20,000 nucleotides of DNA from the NCBI GenBank assembly GCA_000934665.2, contig KZ538450.1, positions 49,597 to 69,596 on the forward strand, written 5' to 3'. The stretch comes from Catajapyx aquilonaris. Lineage: Eukaryota. This document shows, piece by piece, positions 1 through 10,702 of the stretch. The translations under genes were made by a program, and so were the position numbers. Within the stretch, counting starts at the first letter, position 1; every line of letters begins with the position of its first letter. The notes beneath the pieces were generated by a model. That model was not told where the DNA came from. It searched no databases and was given only the letters and a program-made list of their open reading frames with translations.

Positions 1-191
1 AAAGTGGCCACCTATGAACCGATCCTTAGGTGCTTGGCTTCTTCCCAGTGATCCTTCAGTCAATCATCTGTTGTAACACATTCCATATGCATGCTGATTG
101 ACCAAGGGCATTACAACAATAACTAGCATGGGACTTCTTGTGCCAAACTTGTAGTGTAGGAGAAGTCAGCCATTTTACTTTGACTCCACAT

Positions 192-595
192 CAGGGGCGT
201 AGCAAGACTCTTGGGGGCCCTGGTGCAAAAAGGTACGAAGTGCTCCCCTCCAGTGGCCATGATATAAGAGACCCCAGTATTGGCAGTAGACTATGAGCCA
301 TTACGTATTACTATTACTATTACTGGTAATGATTTCTTATTGCAGTGTTTTTGTGCCATACTGATTACTGACACTGCGACTGCAAGAGTCTCACAGTGAG
401 ATAGTAAGACCCCGAATTGATTGGATCAAGCCCGCTTTCTTACGTCTTATAGAATACAGGTTATAGATGAATAGGCCTATTATGGATTTTGGTTTCCTCC
501 AATTTTTCTAAAACTCGTCAGAAAATTCAGGGGCCCTTTTGCTCGAGGGCCCTGAGGCAGTCGCCCCACCTGCCCCTATGGTAGTTACACCCCTG
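192..595. mobile_element. hAT-like MITE
   Basis: TIR CAGGGGCGTAGC / GTTACACCCCTG; perfect 8-bp TSD CTCCACAT at 184-191 and 596-603; subterminal GGGCCC motifs. Confidence 0.88.
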
Positions 596-1297
596 CTCCA
601 CATCCCCTAGCGGTCCCCTAGTATCCCTAATCATAGTACAGTACTTATGGTCCATTACAGGAAAATTCTTCACAGCAATGGAAAACAACATATTTCAAAA
701 AAGTTTATATGACACTTCAATGTTACATTTGAAAACGACCCTGACAACGACCTGCCAACCATGCTACAGGAATCAAGGTGGGTTTTGTTTTTCTGGATAC
801 AAAAAACTTTTGGAGTTATTGCAACTGACTGATAATGCTAACAGTTCAGCAAAGTAACAATATCTTAGCTCAGCACAAAACCAATGTGACTGGAATGTTA
901 CTGAATCAGGCATTATCATCATTAAATTAAATTTAATTGTTATCAATATTGCATTTGGTCTTCTATTCCCCTTGTGTCTGGTGCCTCGATAGGGTTGAAA
1001 TTATTCTGAAAGGCAAAGAATGCTGAGTTCTAAGACACTGACAATGCTATTATGAACGAGCTTAACAACATTAGTAACAATATAGTAAAGAAGTTTTTGT
1101 TACACTTGCCAATTCTCTGAGGTACTAAACTAAGCAGGTACAATGGCCTGTAAAATTGGTGCTTTCATGACTATAAAAATGATTGTTTTCAAAGTGTTTC
1201 TTTGTTCACTTGATGTGGCCCTTATGCAGGCTGTCAACTAGCCCTTTCCAAGCCACAAGCTAAAATTATTTCCACATGTATTGACTTTTGAATCTTG

Positions 1298-1303
1298 TTT
1301 ATT
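1298..1303 (-). promoter_or_regulatory. Candidate STRAD polyadenylation signal AATAAA
   Basis: First AATAAA on the minus strand, about 130 nt after the stop codon; use not demonstrated. Confidence 0.35.
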
Positions 1304-1430
1304 TTCAGTTATCTATGCCATATCTTCGCAGAATCAGGACAATTTCTTTTGCTTCGAATCAATCATGAGCACCAGTACTAACAGTGAAGAGTGGCTACCC
1401 TTGCATTTGTGACTTGATAAATGGTTCAAT

Positions 1431-1492
1431 TTAGAAGTCCCAGTCATCCTCCATATCAAGATCAGCAATCACGCCTTCTAGGTCAGCCATTT
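1431..1492 (-). CDS. STRAD: STRAD last coding exon ([20 protein letters not shown])
   Basis: Acceptor ctttccaactttcag, phase 1 matches exon 6; ends W-D-F-stop, equivalent to the WEF MO25-binding motif of vertebrate STRADs. Confidence 0.9.
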
Positions 1493-4400
1493 CTGAAAGT
1501 TGGAAAGCATCAAGTCAGTGTCAGACATCTTGCATATGAAGAGAAAAACCTAACACTTGAATCATACTGTTGAGTGGCAACACTGTTCTGTGGGCATAAA
1601 ATAATATGCCGAAATAATATTCCCACAATACCTTCCTCTCTGGGAAAGTCATCAGAATGACATGGATGAAGCTCAACCCTATTTATGCAATGCAAACTCA
1701 AACACTTTGGATCTTCTCCCATTGCAACATAATATAATTCCGACAATGAGTTCTATCTTACACTTTGAATGTGGTTTCAAGTTTAGGGCATAAAAGATGC
1801 AAAGGAAATACAAGAAGCAATTTCTCCATATTGGCATTCCCTTCTGTCATAAAAAATTTCCTTCATATTCATAATTTATGATGTGTTTGAAGTGAAGGTT
1901 ATTTTGGCCTGGATTTAGGGCCAGATGCATGATCAATGGTAAATTAACCCATTGTCTCCCACAGCCATTTTGGTTGAATTATAATGCAACCAAACGAAAT
2001 GATTCTTTTAAATTCACTGGTATAACCTCGACGGAAATTTATTTCATCATAGAAACTAGAAGAGTTACCGAAGGCTATGTTCATGAGTGTTTACGCACTC
2101 GTGTGATATTTTTAATGGCACGACGTCATAGGCCAAAGGTCTCATTCATTGTAAACAAACCAAAACAAACACTTACTCATTGGGTCACAATTTTTGACCT
2201 GTCTTAAGGCGCGTTTACATGTGAGCGATTTGATGAGCGAAATCTTCGCCGAGGCTAAAATTAACGATCGATTTTCGACTCAAAACAATATTGGTTACTT
2301 GGGTTACTCAGCCTCGGCGAAGATTTCGCTCCGCTTTGCTCGTCAAATCACTCACATGTAAATGCACCTTTATGATTTCCCCCCAGATTTCGCGGTCAGC
2401 TCTTTATGACATTGTGACAGGATAGCTGGGCTATCACAAGCGTCGTGCATAATGAGTTTAAGAACACACTGCAAAGAGCCCAAAAAGTGTGTGGTAGGTT
2501 GGCTCAGTACCCAGACGGGAACCTTCTCTGGGGAAGGCATACAAAAGATGGTGCCACGTTATGACAAGTGATTCCATCGAGATGGTGACTATGTGGAAAT
2601 GTAGCTAACATTTGTATGTATAAAATATTTTCCATCACTCTTGTTTTTCTTTCACAGCTTATCGGTAATGGGGTCCTAGCCTTCACTTTGGAAACTACAT
2701 AATAAATTCGGCCATATTTTTTGGATTTTTTTGGCGTATTCCGTTTTAACCCTGTACTGCACACATTTAGGATTGTGGGAAGAAAAAAATTCTAACGCCT
2801 TTTTCTCATCATATGCGACGTAAGGATGGTTTTTATTATGTTTTGGTCATCTCTGACCCAATGACCTTGAAGTTACACCGGGTGAGTCAAAAGTCATGGC
2901 GAGTATTTTTTTATTCCAAAATGGTAACACATACAGAGATGACCTTTGCTAAGTTTTGAAGGTCCGGTGATTACAATTTCATCTGATAAATAGATGGCAT
3001 CCATATCGCAAAGGGGACCAGAAAACTAAAGGCGATCATAACCCCCACCCTTCCACCGTCTCATGCAGCTCGGGGTGGGGGGTCACGATCCCCTTTCGTT
3101 TACCGGCTCCCTTTGAGATCTCGGGGCCATCTATATTCCAGTCCAAATTGTAATCGCCGGGCCTTTAAAACGTAGTAATGGTCATATCTGTACATATTTC
3201 CGTTTTCGAATAAAAATAGTACAATGACTTAGGACTCAAACCTCAAGCAATATTGCGCCTGCGCCACCAAAAAATTGTGATGAAATTGTGCTGGCAAAAT
3301 TAGAATGGCCTCAAATGGCGACGAGAGAGCTACTCTTGCAGTGTTACACATGCAATTCGATATTTAATATCTGCACCTATATCTAATCAGCTCCAGAAAC
3401 AATTGCTGCTTCAGCAAATTCAAATTTCGCGCCATTTTCAACGACCTTGGCTTCTCTCCGCTTCATACCATATCCCGATCGTAACATTGTCGACATTGCA
3501 TGTCATCCAGCGGAAGCTAACAAACTAACGGTGACATCAAGCCACACTGTGGTTTCCAGGACCAATGTTGAAGCTTATGGCGCCTGCGCAAATTAATTTT
3601 TGCCCTCAGGCAACAATGCCCGCTACAGGGTTAAGAAAGCAGTTTCAGTTCCGGAGATATTGGCGTTTTTCGGTAGGATCTGGATACATCACTGAATCCT
3701 AGCGAAATGTTGATGTCACGCAAAGGGAAATGAAGGCAAGAATGATGTTATAGAACACGCCCCGGCATTGTCATAAAATATTTCGTTGTTGTTAGCAAAC
3801 CGTCCTATTCCTGGTGCCTGCGGTGCCAGACCCTCACAGACCTCGGTTTGGAGGGCAGGCAGGTCGCTCCGGGGCGAACCCACACCACTGTGTGCCGGAG
3901 GGAGTGAAAAAGCGTGAGCAAGATAGCAGCCAGGGTGCGTTTTTACTCTAAGCCACTCAATCTGCTTCGGGCCCGGCAGTGGTGCCAGCAGCTCGGAATT
4001 ATCTGTCTCCCGAATTCGGCACATAAAGGCCCCCTTTCTCCACTTCGATGGCCTACAGGTGCCTTGCGAATGCTTTCCGTCATGTCCGCGGTAAATTCAA
4101 CAGAGTGATGGAATGTGTGTTTACAGGCATGGGCTAGCTATTTATGAACAAAAATCCCAAATCCCAGACCAAGGCTAGGACCCCATTTTAAAATAGCCCT
4201 CGTACATTTTGAGTACCTACCATCTGATGGTGGCTTCCTGTTTGAAATTGGTATAACGGGAAAGAGAAGTTCGGGGAGTGACATCCCACTCTTGCGGCAC
4301 TGCTTGAAGAAGGAATGTGTTAAAAGATTGGCAGCACTAGGCCTGAGGCATGGGTCTCGCTGCAAGCACAGTTCTACAAAGTGGTGAAAGTGATCTGAGA

Positions 4401-7400
4401 AATGGCGGTTCTGGGCGGCCACAAGCTCTCTATTCTGCATGTTGGTAGTGCTGGCCACGCTGTCCCCAACACCTGAGTCTGTGTGATGGACTGTAAGGAT
4501 TAACATCCAATCACTGTCAACAATAATATGGTACCTTCACTTACTCATGTACTTCAAATGAAGAACAGATTGTACAGTGTCCTTCATGTCATTTTACTTG
4601 CCTGGTTTGTCACTGGTATCTTCCAGGTTCGCCAGGAGAGAGGCTGAATCAAGCAGATGGGGAGTAGAACCATGTAACTTCTCAATTAACAAAAATGTGG
4701 ATGGCATGTCTGCAAATGGAACAACACCATTGGCCAGCTCACAAGCTGTAACCCCAATGCTGTATATGTCACATTTTTCGTTGTAGCCTTGCAGATTCTG
4801 TAACCATCAAGAAGCTCCAGTAAGACCATTCCATTCAAATCAGTGCAATATTTTGACAAATTTTTGCCTTCTTGAAATGAAGGAGCACTATGATGAACAA
4901 TAATGCAGTATTAAATGCCAAATGTAAAGTAATACAGCAAGGGTAAGACAGGGATAAAAATATGATAGAATTCCATAGCCTCATGTAGGATCAGTCATGC
5001 ACCTTCACATTCATGAAGCCACACATAATAATCATTGATCAAATGCTGTTTTACATTGCGATCATGAGAGTTGCTTGAGAAATTTAAACATCATGGCATA
5101 AAGCAGTGATTTTGCACTTTTGCATTGTAAACTCGTATTTCAAGATTTACAGCATACCTGTTCCAACAACTCGGGGCTCAACCAGTTAAGATTTTTTGGT
5201 GTATCACATGGAAAGTTATGCAAGTAGTGCTTCCACTTCATCTCCTCCAACAAGCTGCATGCATACTTCAGGCCTGTCAGGTAAGCTTTTCCAGACTCTG
5301 ATATCAAGATGTGACTTGCTCTAATACTCCTGAAATAGAAACTAAATGTGAATTAATTGTGCAAACATTGATATAATGTCATTTACCTGTGGATGTAACC
5401 CTTCTTATGTAAATAATCCAAGGCTTGAAGAATGTCCCGTAAAATGAAGGCAATGACTAGCTCAGGAAGTCCCTCCGTGAACTGGGCATTAATCAGATCT
5501 TTTGCTGATGCATATGCCATAAGTGGCATCACAATCCACAGTTCTTGGCCAACAACAAATGATGTATTGAATGGGAGAATTGAAGGATTATTTAGCTTCC
5601 GATTTAGTACAACTTCCTCCTGTTCAAAGAAGTAAATGATTATTACCATGGACCTATCAAACATGACAAAAGCATGTACCTGAATCTGTTTTATACTTTC
5701 GTTGCATTGATCCATGTTATATTTTTTAATGGCCACCATTTTCCCTGTTTGCACGTGGCTGGCCATGACCACTACGCCATACTCATCATTGGTTTGCCCA
5801 ATCATCTGATACACTTGATAATCACTTGCTTTTGGCTCAAAAACACCCATGCTTTTATCTTTTGGCAGTAGAGGAATTGCTTCTGTAATGGCTGCTAAAT
5901 TTGTCTGGAATAAATTGGCCAGTAAGCATTTCAGGTTCACTCAACATATTTTTCCTTAAAATCCCAATCAACTTGAAATAATTAGCTGCTATGGTACAAC
6001 AAAATTATCACCATGCAAGTACAGGAGATATATGATTCATGAACACTGCAGTACAAAAACATGTTGAAGCATAACATCTCACACAGTCCTGAGCAAAAAA
6101 ATACAATGGTGAAGCAGCATTAAGAATATCTTACTCATTATGGAACTGATCTGCCCCCAAAAAGAGACTTGCATTATATTATTTTGTAAAACTTAGGGCA
6201 CATGCACACAGAAGGCAACAGTATCAGGCAGCTTGGATTGTGTCCACCAGAAGCAACCAATCACCCGTGTCACGCAGGGGTATTTGCAAAGGGATGAAAT
6301 TATTGTTGTTTTTTCTGTTGCTATTTAAAATGTGTAACCGATCCCTGCATTGTGCATCCTGCTTGCAACTCCACATCCTCGCTTGATTTATTTTGGGCGA
6401 TTGTGCCCATCTGGATGGGCCAATGTACATGGTAAAATTGCACATAAGCAGTGAGGTGCAAAAGTGCTTATAAAACAATTGCTGATATTTTTATTTATAA
6501 TTTATTTGGATCAGCCTCTTGTTCTGTGGCATCCTGCTGCAGTTGCCAGAACATGATTAAGGACACGAGCACCACATCTCTGCTGCTGCTGCAGGCAGCA
6601 GTAACTGGTCAACAGCAACAGCCTTCTGTGTCCACACTTCCATCCTTTAGCATTGCTGTAAATTGTGAGGGAGAAGGCAGAAAAGAGAAATACCAGCCTT
6701 TCCTGTTTTCATTCTCTCTCTTTCTATTTCCATCTGTCCCACCTTTGTTTCTTCTAATACCCAAATAAACTTATTTACATTGGCGCCTTCCCAATCAATC
6801 AATCAACCTTCTGTGTACACATGCCCTTTTATGAGTATCCTATCCTCAATCTGAATCATGCTGGCATTGAGGGATCTGCTCTTTGCAAATCACGTGTCAA
6901 GGTGTCATCATGTGACTGCCCAATAATGGTGTTTATATCTTGATACATATGATTTTAAAAACAACTGCAACTGCAATAAAGAATGGCATTCCAGTGAAGT
7001 TCAATTATTTTCTTTGCAAAGAGAAAACGCAACTGTTCTGCAATAATTTCAGTTGCCACTGTAATAAGTTTATATCATGATTTTAGCTTATGGGATGATT
7101 GTACCATGATATCCACCAATGAAGTCATTTAGCTCATGTGGAATTCAAAATATTAACAAACCAAAGGGGAACCATTGTATGACACGAAAACCTGAATCCA
7201 ATGAATTTATGCTCTGTTCTATGTGGCTTATGAATTTGATTACACAATTACATTTATGAAAATCAAAGCAAAATTAAAATGTTCTAGACACTAGCTCATG
7301 ATAACATCTGTTTCCCATAGGACAAATTTCATTTCCTCTGCATCACAAAACAAACTTTTTGCAAACAGTAATGACTTTTCTGCCATCCAATGACACATGC

Positions 7401-8767
7401 CCAACCAATTATTTCTTGAAATACGAGTGTACTGTGTGTTTCGGAATTCAGCTCCTGGATATGAGTTACATTCTGGAACACATGATATAAAGATCTCCTA
7501 AGTTACACCATGTGTTCCAATCCATATTGATCTTGTGAATGCCTGCAGCTTTGAGATGAGACTATGGCAGAATTCTCTTTGAAGTAAACCTCCTCTACAT
7601 CACTAGAATAATTCTGGAATTTAAAAATACAACCTGCACATATTCTATTGCAAGAACCAAGTGACTGCAATACTTTTGTGTCACTCACATCATAAAAGTG
7701 ATATATGTTCCTCAATTTCTCATCCACATTATATCAGACCTGCTTATCAGGTGTGGCAAAACAAGATTTTTTTCCACTAAAACAATCATCATGAGGGCAA
7801 AACCTACAACTTCAATTACAAGAACTTAAGGGTCCCAGATTCGATCCCAAGCCTGGGCTTTCCCCCCTTCATCACTTTCAGAGTTGGGTCATCTCTGGCT
7901 CCATCTCAGGTGGGATTCCTTGAAACTAACCACCAGGTCGAACTCACGAAATGACCACGCAGCAACATTGCACTTGCACTGTACACCTCCCCTCCCAGTA
8001 TTTAAATGGATGATCAGGCTGGAGAACATGGCGACAGATAGACTTACTAAGTGCTGCTTTAATTATGTAATGTCGAGGAGGGCGACCTCCAATTCGAACT
8101 GGATCAATAAAATAGACCTTTTTCTTAATAGGTCAGGTAGCTCGTAGGACCATTGGTCACGCTCCCCATCTTTAGCTACTGCCTCCGCGATAGTCAAACA
8201 ATACATAGATGTGACAATACAAGAGGATTATGCGGCACTGGGAGCTTCTATTAGGTACCGAAATTACGCAATGCTGAAAAACTCCCCTCTACGTGAACTG
8301 GATTTCTCGTACAACTCCCCCATCCAGATCACTCCTATGTTGGCAAACCTGCGCAATGAATCTCCTTATCTATTTATCCAGGGGTATAGACTTCCCATCA
8401 ATGGTTCTATGGAATGCTCATTATGCTACCCACCTGACCTCATTGATCTCCACCATGTTATCTACATATGTTCCTTCTTCAAGCAAGCGAGACGAACACA
8501 TCTCTATGACTGGCCTAGAGTCCCCCCCGATAAGGTTTATACACTGTTACAAGATTCTCCCTCCCATGTTTTATACTACCTACACTCATACTTTGTACAA
8601 TCCACCAGACTGCTGAAACATGCTGATATTACTCTGTATATTGCTGCCCCATTTCTGATAACTGTTCGTTCTTCCTTTGCTGTTTGATATTGTGGATTGA
8701 CGGAGGGAAACGAAACTGGCCCTTCCCCCTCCTGTAATGGGATTTTCCCAGAGGAGAAAATAAACTC

Positions 8768-8834
<67 letters not shown>

Positions 8835-9421
8835 ACCTCCCCTCCCTGTCACCCTTCCCTGCCCAAAGACCCAGGCGCTTCGCATAAAAGTTCCGATGTG
8901 TATAGTAAAGGTCAGTGCTACATACCTTGCAAGGAGGTCAAGCACTACCTGGATTATTATTATTATTTTATGTTTATTATACTTAAAATTTTGTGACTAG
9001 TTACTGACCTGAGTTGTTTCAAAAAGTAACTTACTACATTAAGAAAAACAATAATGATAGGCTACACAAGTTATTAGAAAAATGTTCCTTTTACTAAGTA
9101 ATTATCCAACCCTAGGTGCAAGTCTATGAGAAGCATTTTGAACATAAAACAAAATAATCCCTGAAGCATACGCAAAATTTGGTAAGAACAAGAGGCATGC
9201 ACAACCATTCCCATGACAACTGGACACATGCAACCACTATTTTTTTTAAACTGGGCTGGAAAATTGTCACATGAGCATTTGGAAACATTTCACGAGCTGG
9301 TGGCATGACTGGCGAACCTTACTAGGGGTTGATAGGTGGCCCCGTCTCTGTCATGTGATTCAGAATCTGAGTATGTTACATGAGAACATGGGCAAGGGCA
9401 GTCCAAAAAGGTTACTGACAT
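1431..9421 (-). CDS. STRAD: STE20-related kinase adaptor (STRAD/Stlk) pseudokinase, spliced CDS join(9323..9421,5680..5904,5387..5619,5158..5329,4602..4797,4221..4490,1431..1492), about 418 aa
   Basis: Manual splicing gives a kinase fold with STRAD-diagnostic degenerate motifs: [14 protein letters not shown] (HRD->HRS), LTGLKY (DFG->GLK), [49 protein letters not shown], and C-terminal DDWDF*. All junction phases are consistent (0,0,2,0,1,1). Confidence 0.93.
2207..2369. mobile_element. PIF/Harbinger (Tourist-like) hairpin MITE
   Basis: TIR AGGCGCGTTTACATGTGAG / CTCACATGTAAATGCACCT, internal arm GAGCGAAATCTTCGCCGAGGCT, 3-bp TTA on both sides (2204-2206, 2370-2372). Confidence 0.85.
2750..3630. 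mobile_element. piggyBac-like non-autonomous element
   Basis: TTAA|CCCTGTA ... TACAGGG|TTAA termini (TTAA at 2746-2749 and 3631-3634). Confidence 0.65.
2876..3243. mobile_element. Foldback MITE, Tc1/mariner-like left end, about 170-bp imperfect arms
   Basis: GGTGAGTCAAAAGTCAT...CCGGTGATTACAATTT...ATAGATGGC...ACCCCCACCC is mirrored by GGGTGGGGGGT...GCCATCTAT...AAATTGTAATCGCCGG...ATGACTTAGGACTC; right terminus degenerate. Confidence 0.7.
4221..4490 (-). CDS. STRAD: STRAD coding exon 6 ([10 protein letters not shown]...[10 protein letters not shown]...KPPSD)
   Basis: Acceptor ccttacag, donor G|gtaggt; DSGVGDS and [34 protein letters not shown] (subdomain XI). Confidence 0.92.
4602..4797 (-). 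CDS. STRAD: STRAD coding exon 5 ([15 protein letters not shown]...DTSDKP)
   Basis: Acceptor ggttacag; ends at a GC donor (CAG|gcaagt), phase 1; kinase subdomains IX-X. Confidence 0.9.
5158..5329 (-). CDS. STRAD: STRAD coding exon 4 ([10 protein letters not shown]...WLSPELLEQ)
   Basis: Acceptor tatttcag, donor CAG|gtatgc; 172 nt; pseudokinase catalytic and activation segments. Confidence 0.95.
5387..5619 (-). CDS. STRAD: STRAD coding exon 3 (EEVVLNRKL...KGYIHR)
   Basis: Acceptor tttgaacag, donor AG|gtaaat; 233 nt; [18 protein letters not shown]...EGLPE is typical of STRAD/OSR1-like kinases. Confidence 0.95.
5680..5904 (-). CDS. STRAD: STRAD coding exon 2 (TNLAAITEA...VAIKK...IKQIQ)
   Basis: Acceptor ttattccag, donor CAG|gtacat; 225 nt, phase 0-0; kinase subdomains I-II. 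Confidence 0.9.
7997..8831 (+). mobile_element. 5'-truncated non-LTR retrotransposon (LINE): C-terminal ORF2 remnant, 3'UTR and (TTA)n tail
   Basis: One reading frame 7998-8687 broken only by TAG at 8145-8147; C-terminal CSLC-x8-HH-x4-C zinc-knuckle-like motif; AATAAA at 8759-8764; 15-bp TSD TACACCTCCCCTCCC at 7982-7996 and 8832-8846. Confidence 0.85.
8768..8833 (+). repeat. (TTA)22 microsatellite, the LINE 3' tail
   Basis: Perfect trinucleotide repeat directly after AATAAACTC. Confidence 0.95.
9323..9421 (-). CDS. STRAD: STRAD probable first coding exon ([33 protein letters not shown]); exon probably begins at 9452
   Basis: Acceptor ttttttccag ends at 9453, ATG at 9421-9419, 33 codons, then donor CTA|gtaagg in phase 0, matching the phase-0 exon at 5904. 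Start resembles the vertebrate STRADB N-terminus (MSLLDCFC, recalled). Confidence 0.7.
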
Positions 9422-9664
9422 GTCTACAGCAATGATTCTCCAAAGCTGGTACCTGGAAAAAATTTAATCAGAACATTTATGTGTCTGGAAGCTACGATGA
9501 CTCCATAAATATCAGAAGACAATAACATTTTTCAAGTCTCAAATAGAACATTACACTGCTGTTCTCTTTACACTTACATGTTCAGGTCCAGGCAGTCATT
9601 AAATAAACCTAAAGAAGCCATCCTTCATAAATAAATAGCAAATATCCTCACTAGAGTTAAATTA

Positions 9665-10120
9665 TGAGGGCTAGTCAAAACAAATTCAGACTGAATTTTG
9701 ATATGAGAAAGAGAATTAGTTCACCATTTGTAGTGAGTGGCATCGTGTAAAGCATGTCTTGGGAGTATTAGAACACCAAATCCTGTTCAAATATTCCGAG
9801 ATCTCAGGCAATTATGAAGTAGAGCCACGTTCACTTTCACCTCCACTCTGCCAGTGTCAAGATGGAAGGAAGAACCTCATCCCTGAATATTCCTCCTCGC
9901 AGTCAACCTCCATCTTGACAATGATGGAGTGGAGGCGAAAACTAATTTAGGTCCACTTCCTGCATCAGTGTTGCCTGAAATCACAGAATATTCGAACAGG
10001 AACTGGTGTTCTAATACTCGAAGACATGCTTTACACCATGCCACTCACCATGAGTGGTGAACTACACATAATTCACTTTCACACAAAAATTCAGTCTAAG
10101 TTTGTTTTGACTAGCCCTCA
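9665..10120. mobile_element. mariner-like foldback MITE
   Basis: TA|TGAGGGCTAGTCAAAACAAA ... TTTGTTTTGACTAGCCCTCA|TG; arms of about 150 bp (9665-9812 vs 9971-10120). Confidence 0.85.
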
Positions 10121-10284
10121 TGTCAATCCCACCTTTCTCTTTGGCACAATCTTTTGTCTATATAATTTCCAAATGCTATAACCTCTACTTCCCCCAATAT
10201 GTACGAGTTGAACTCGATTATGGAGTCATAAAATTGCCACACATCACGTTTTCTATGGGAGGCCAAAAGATTCCTGAGTTGATA

Positions 10285-10702
10285 TACTGTGTAAATGAAA
10301 TAAGTGCGCATTTTTTGCGGAATGCTCGAGTGACACGAAAGAAACATTTTTTGCCAATACACTTGGTGCCTCAGACGCATCGTTACGTCTGAAAATGAGG
10401 GTTTGTCACACGTCAAACAAAGTCATATCCTTAGTAACCATAGTAATACCATGGCAACCATGGTTACCAACATTTCGACGTATGTATGTGACATGTCGCA
10501 AAACAATCAACTGTTGAAGTAGTATGGTTACCATGGTGGTTGCTATGATTTCGAAGATTTAGATGTGTTTGTATGACGCATGAAAAACACTCGTTTTATG
10601 ACTTAACGATGTGTCTGAAGCACGAAGTGTATTGGCAAAAAAGGTTTCTTTCGGGTCCCTCGATCATTCCGCAAAATTGTGCACTTATTTCATTTCACGG
10701 CG
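10285..10702. mobile_element. Tc1-like foldback MITE
   Basis: AAATGAAATAAGTGC / GCACTTATTTCATTT and TTTTTTGCCAATACACTT / AAGTGTATTGGCAAAAAA arms, about 170 bp; TA at both flanks. Confidence 0.8.

Larger units (their letters stand above)
2667..4187. mobile_element. Non-autonomous TIR DNA element (possibly Kolobok-like) hosting nested insertions
   Basis: Perfect 17-bp inverted repeat AATGGGGTCCTAGCCTT (2667-2683) / AAGGCTAGGACCCCATT (4171-4187); TTAA on the right flank; left TSD not clean. Confidence 0.6.
7828..8966 (+). mobile_element. 5'-degraded tRNA-derived SINE (7828-7996 plus 8847-8966) interrupted by a LINE
   Basis: B-box-like GATTCGATCCC at 7838-7848; (ATT)n tail at about 8953-8966; the halves rejoin across the LINE TSD. 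Confidence 0.55.

Noticed and set aside
4592..4597. Canonical GT donor (AA|gtaaaa) for exon 5
   Set aside because: Phase 2, incompatible with all nearby acceptors of exon 6.
5383..5940. 185-aa ORF as a single exon
   Set aside because: It includes intronic sequence above 5904 and reads through the 60-nt intron at 5620-5679.
6451..6768. 105-aa ORF with CTG/CAG-rich segment
   Set aside because: Low complexity, GTG start, antisense within a STRAD intron, no recognisable domain.
8586..8996. ORFs with poly-Ile / poly-Tyr runs
   Set aside because: They are translations of the (TTA)22 LINE tail, not genes.
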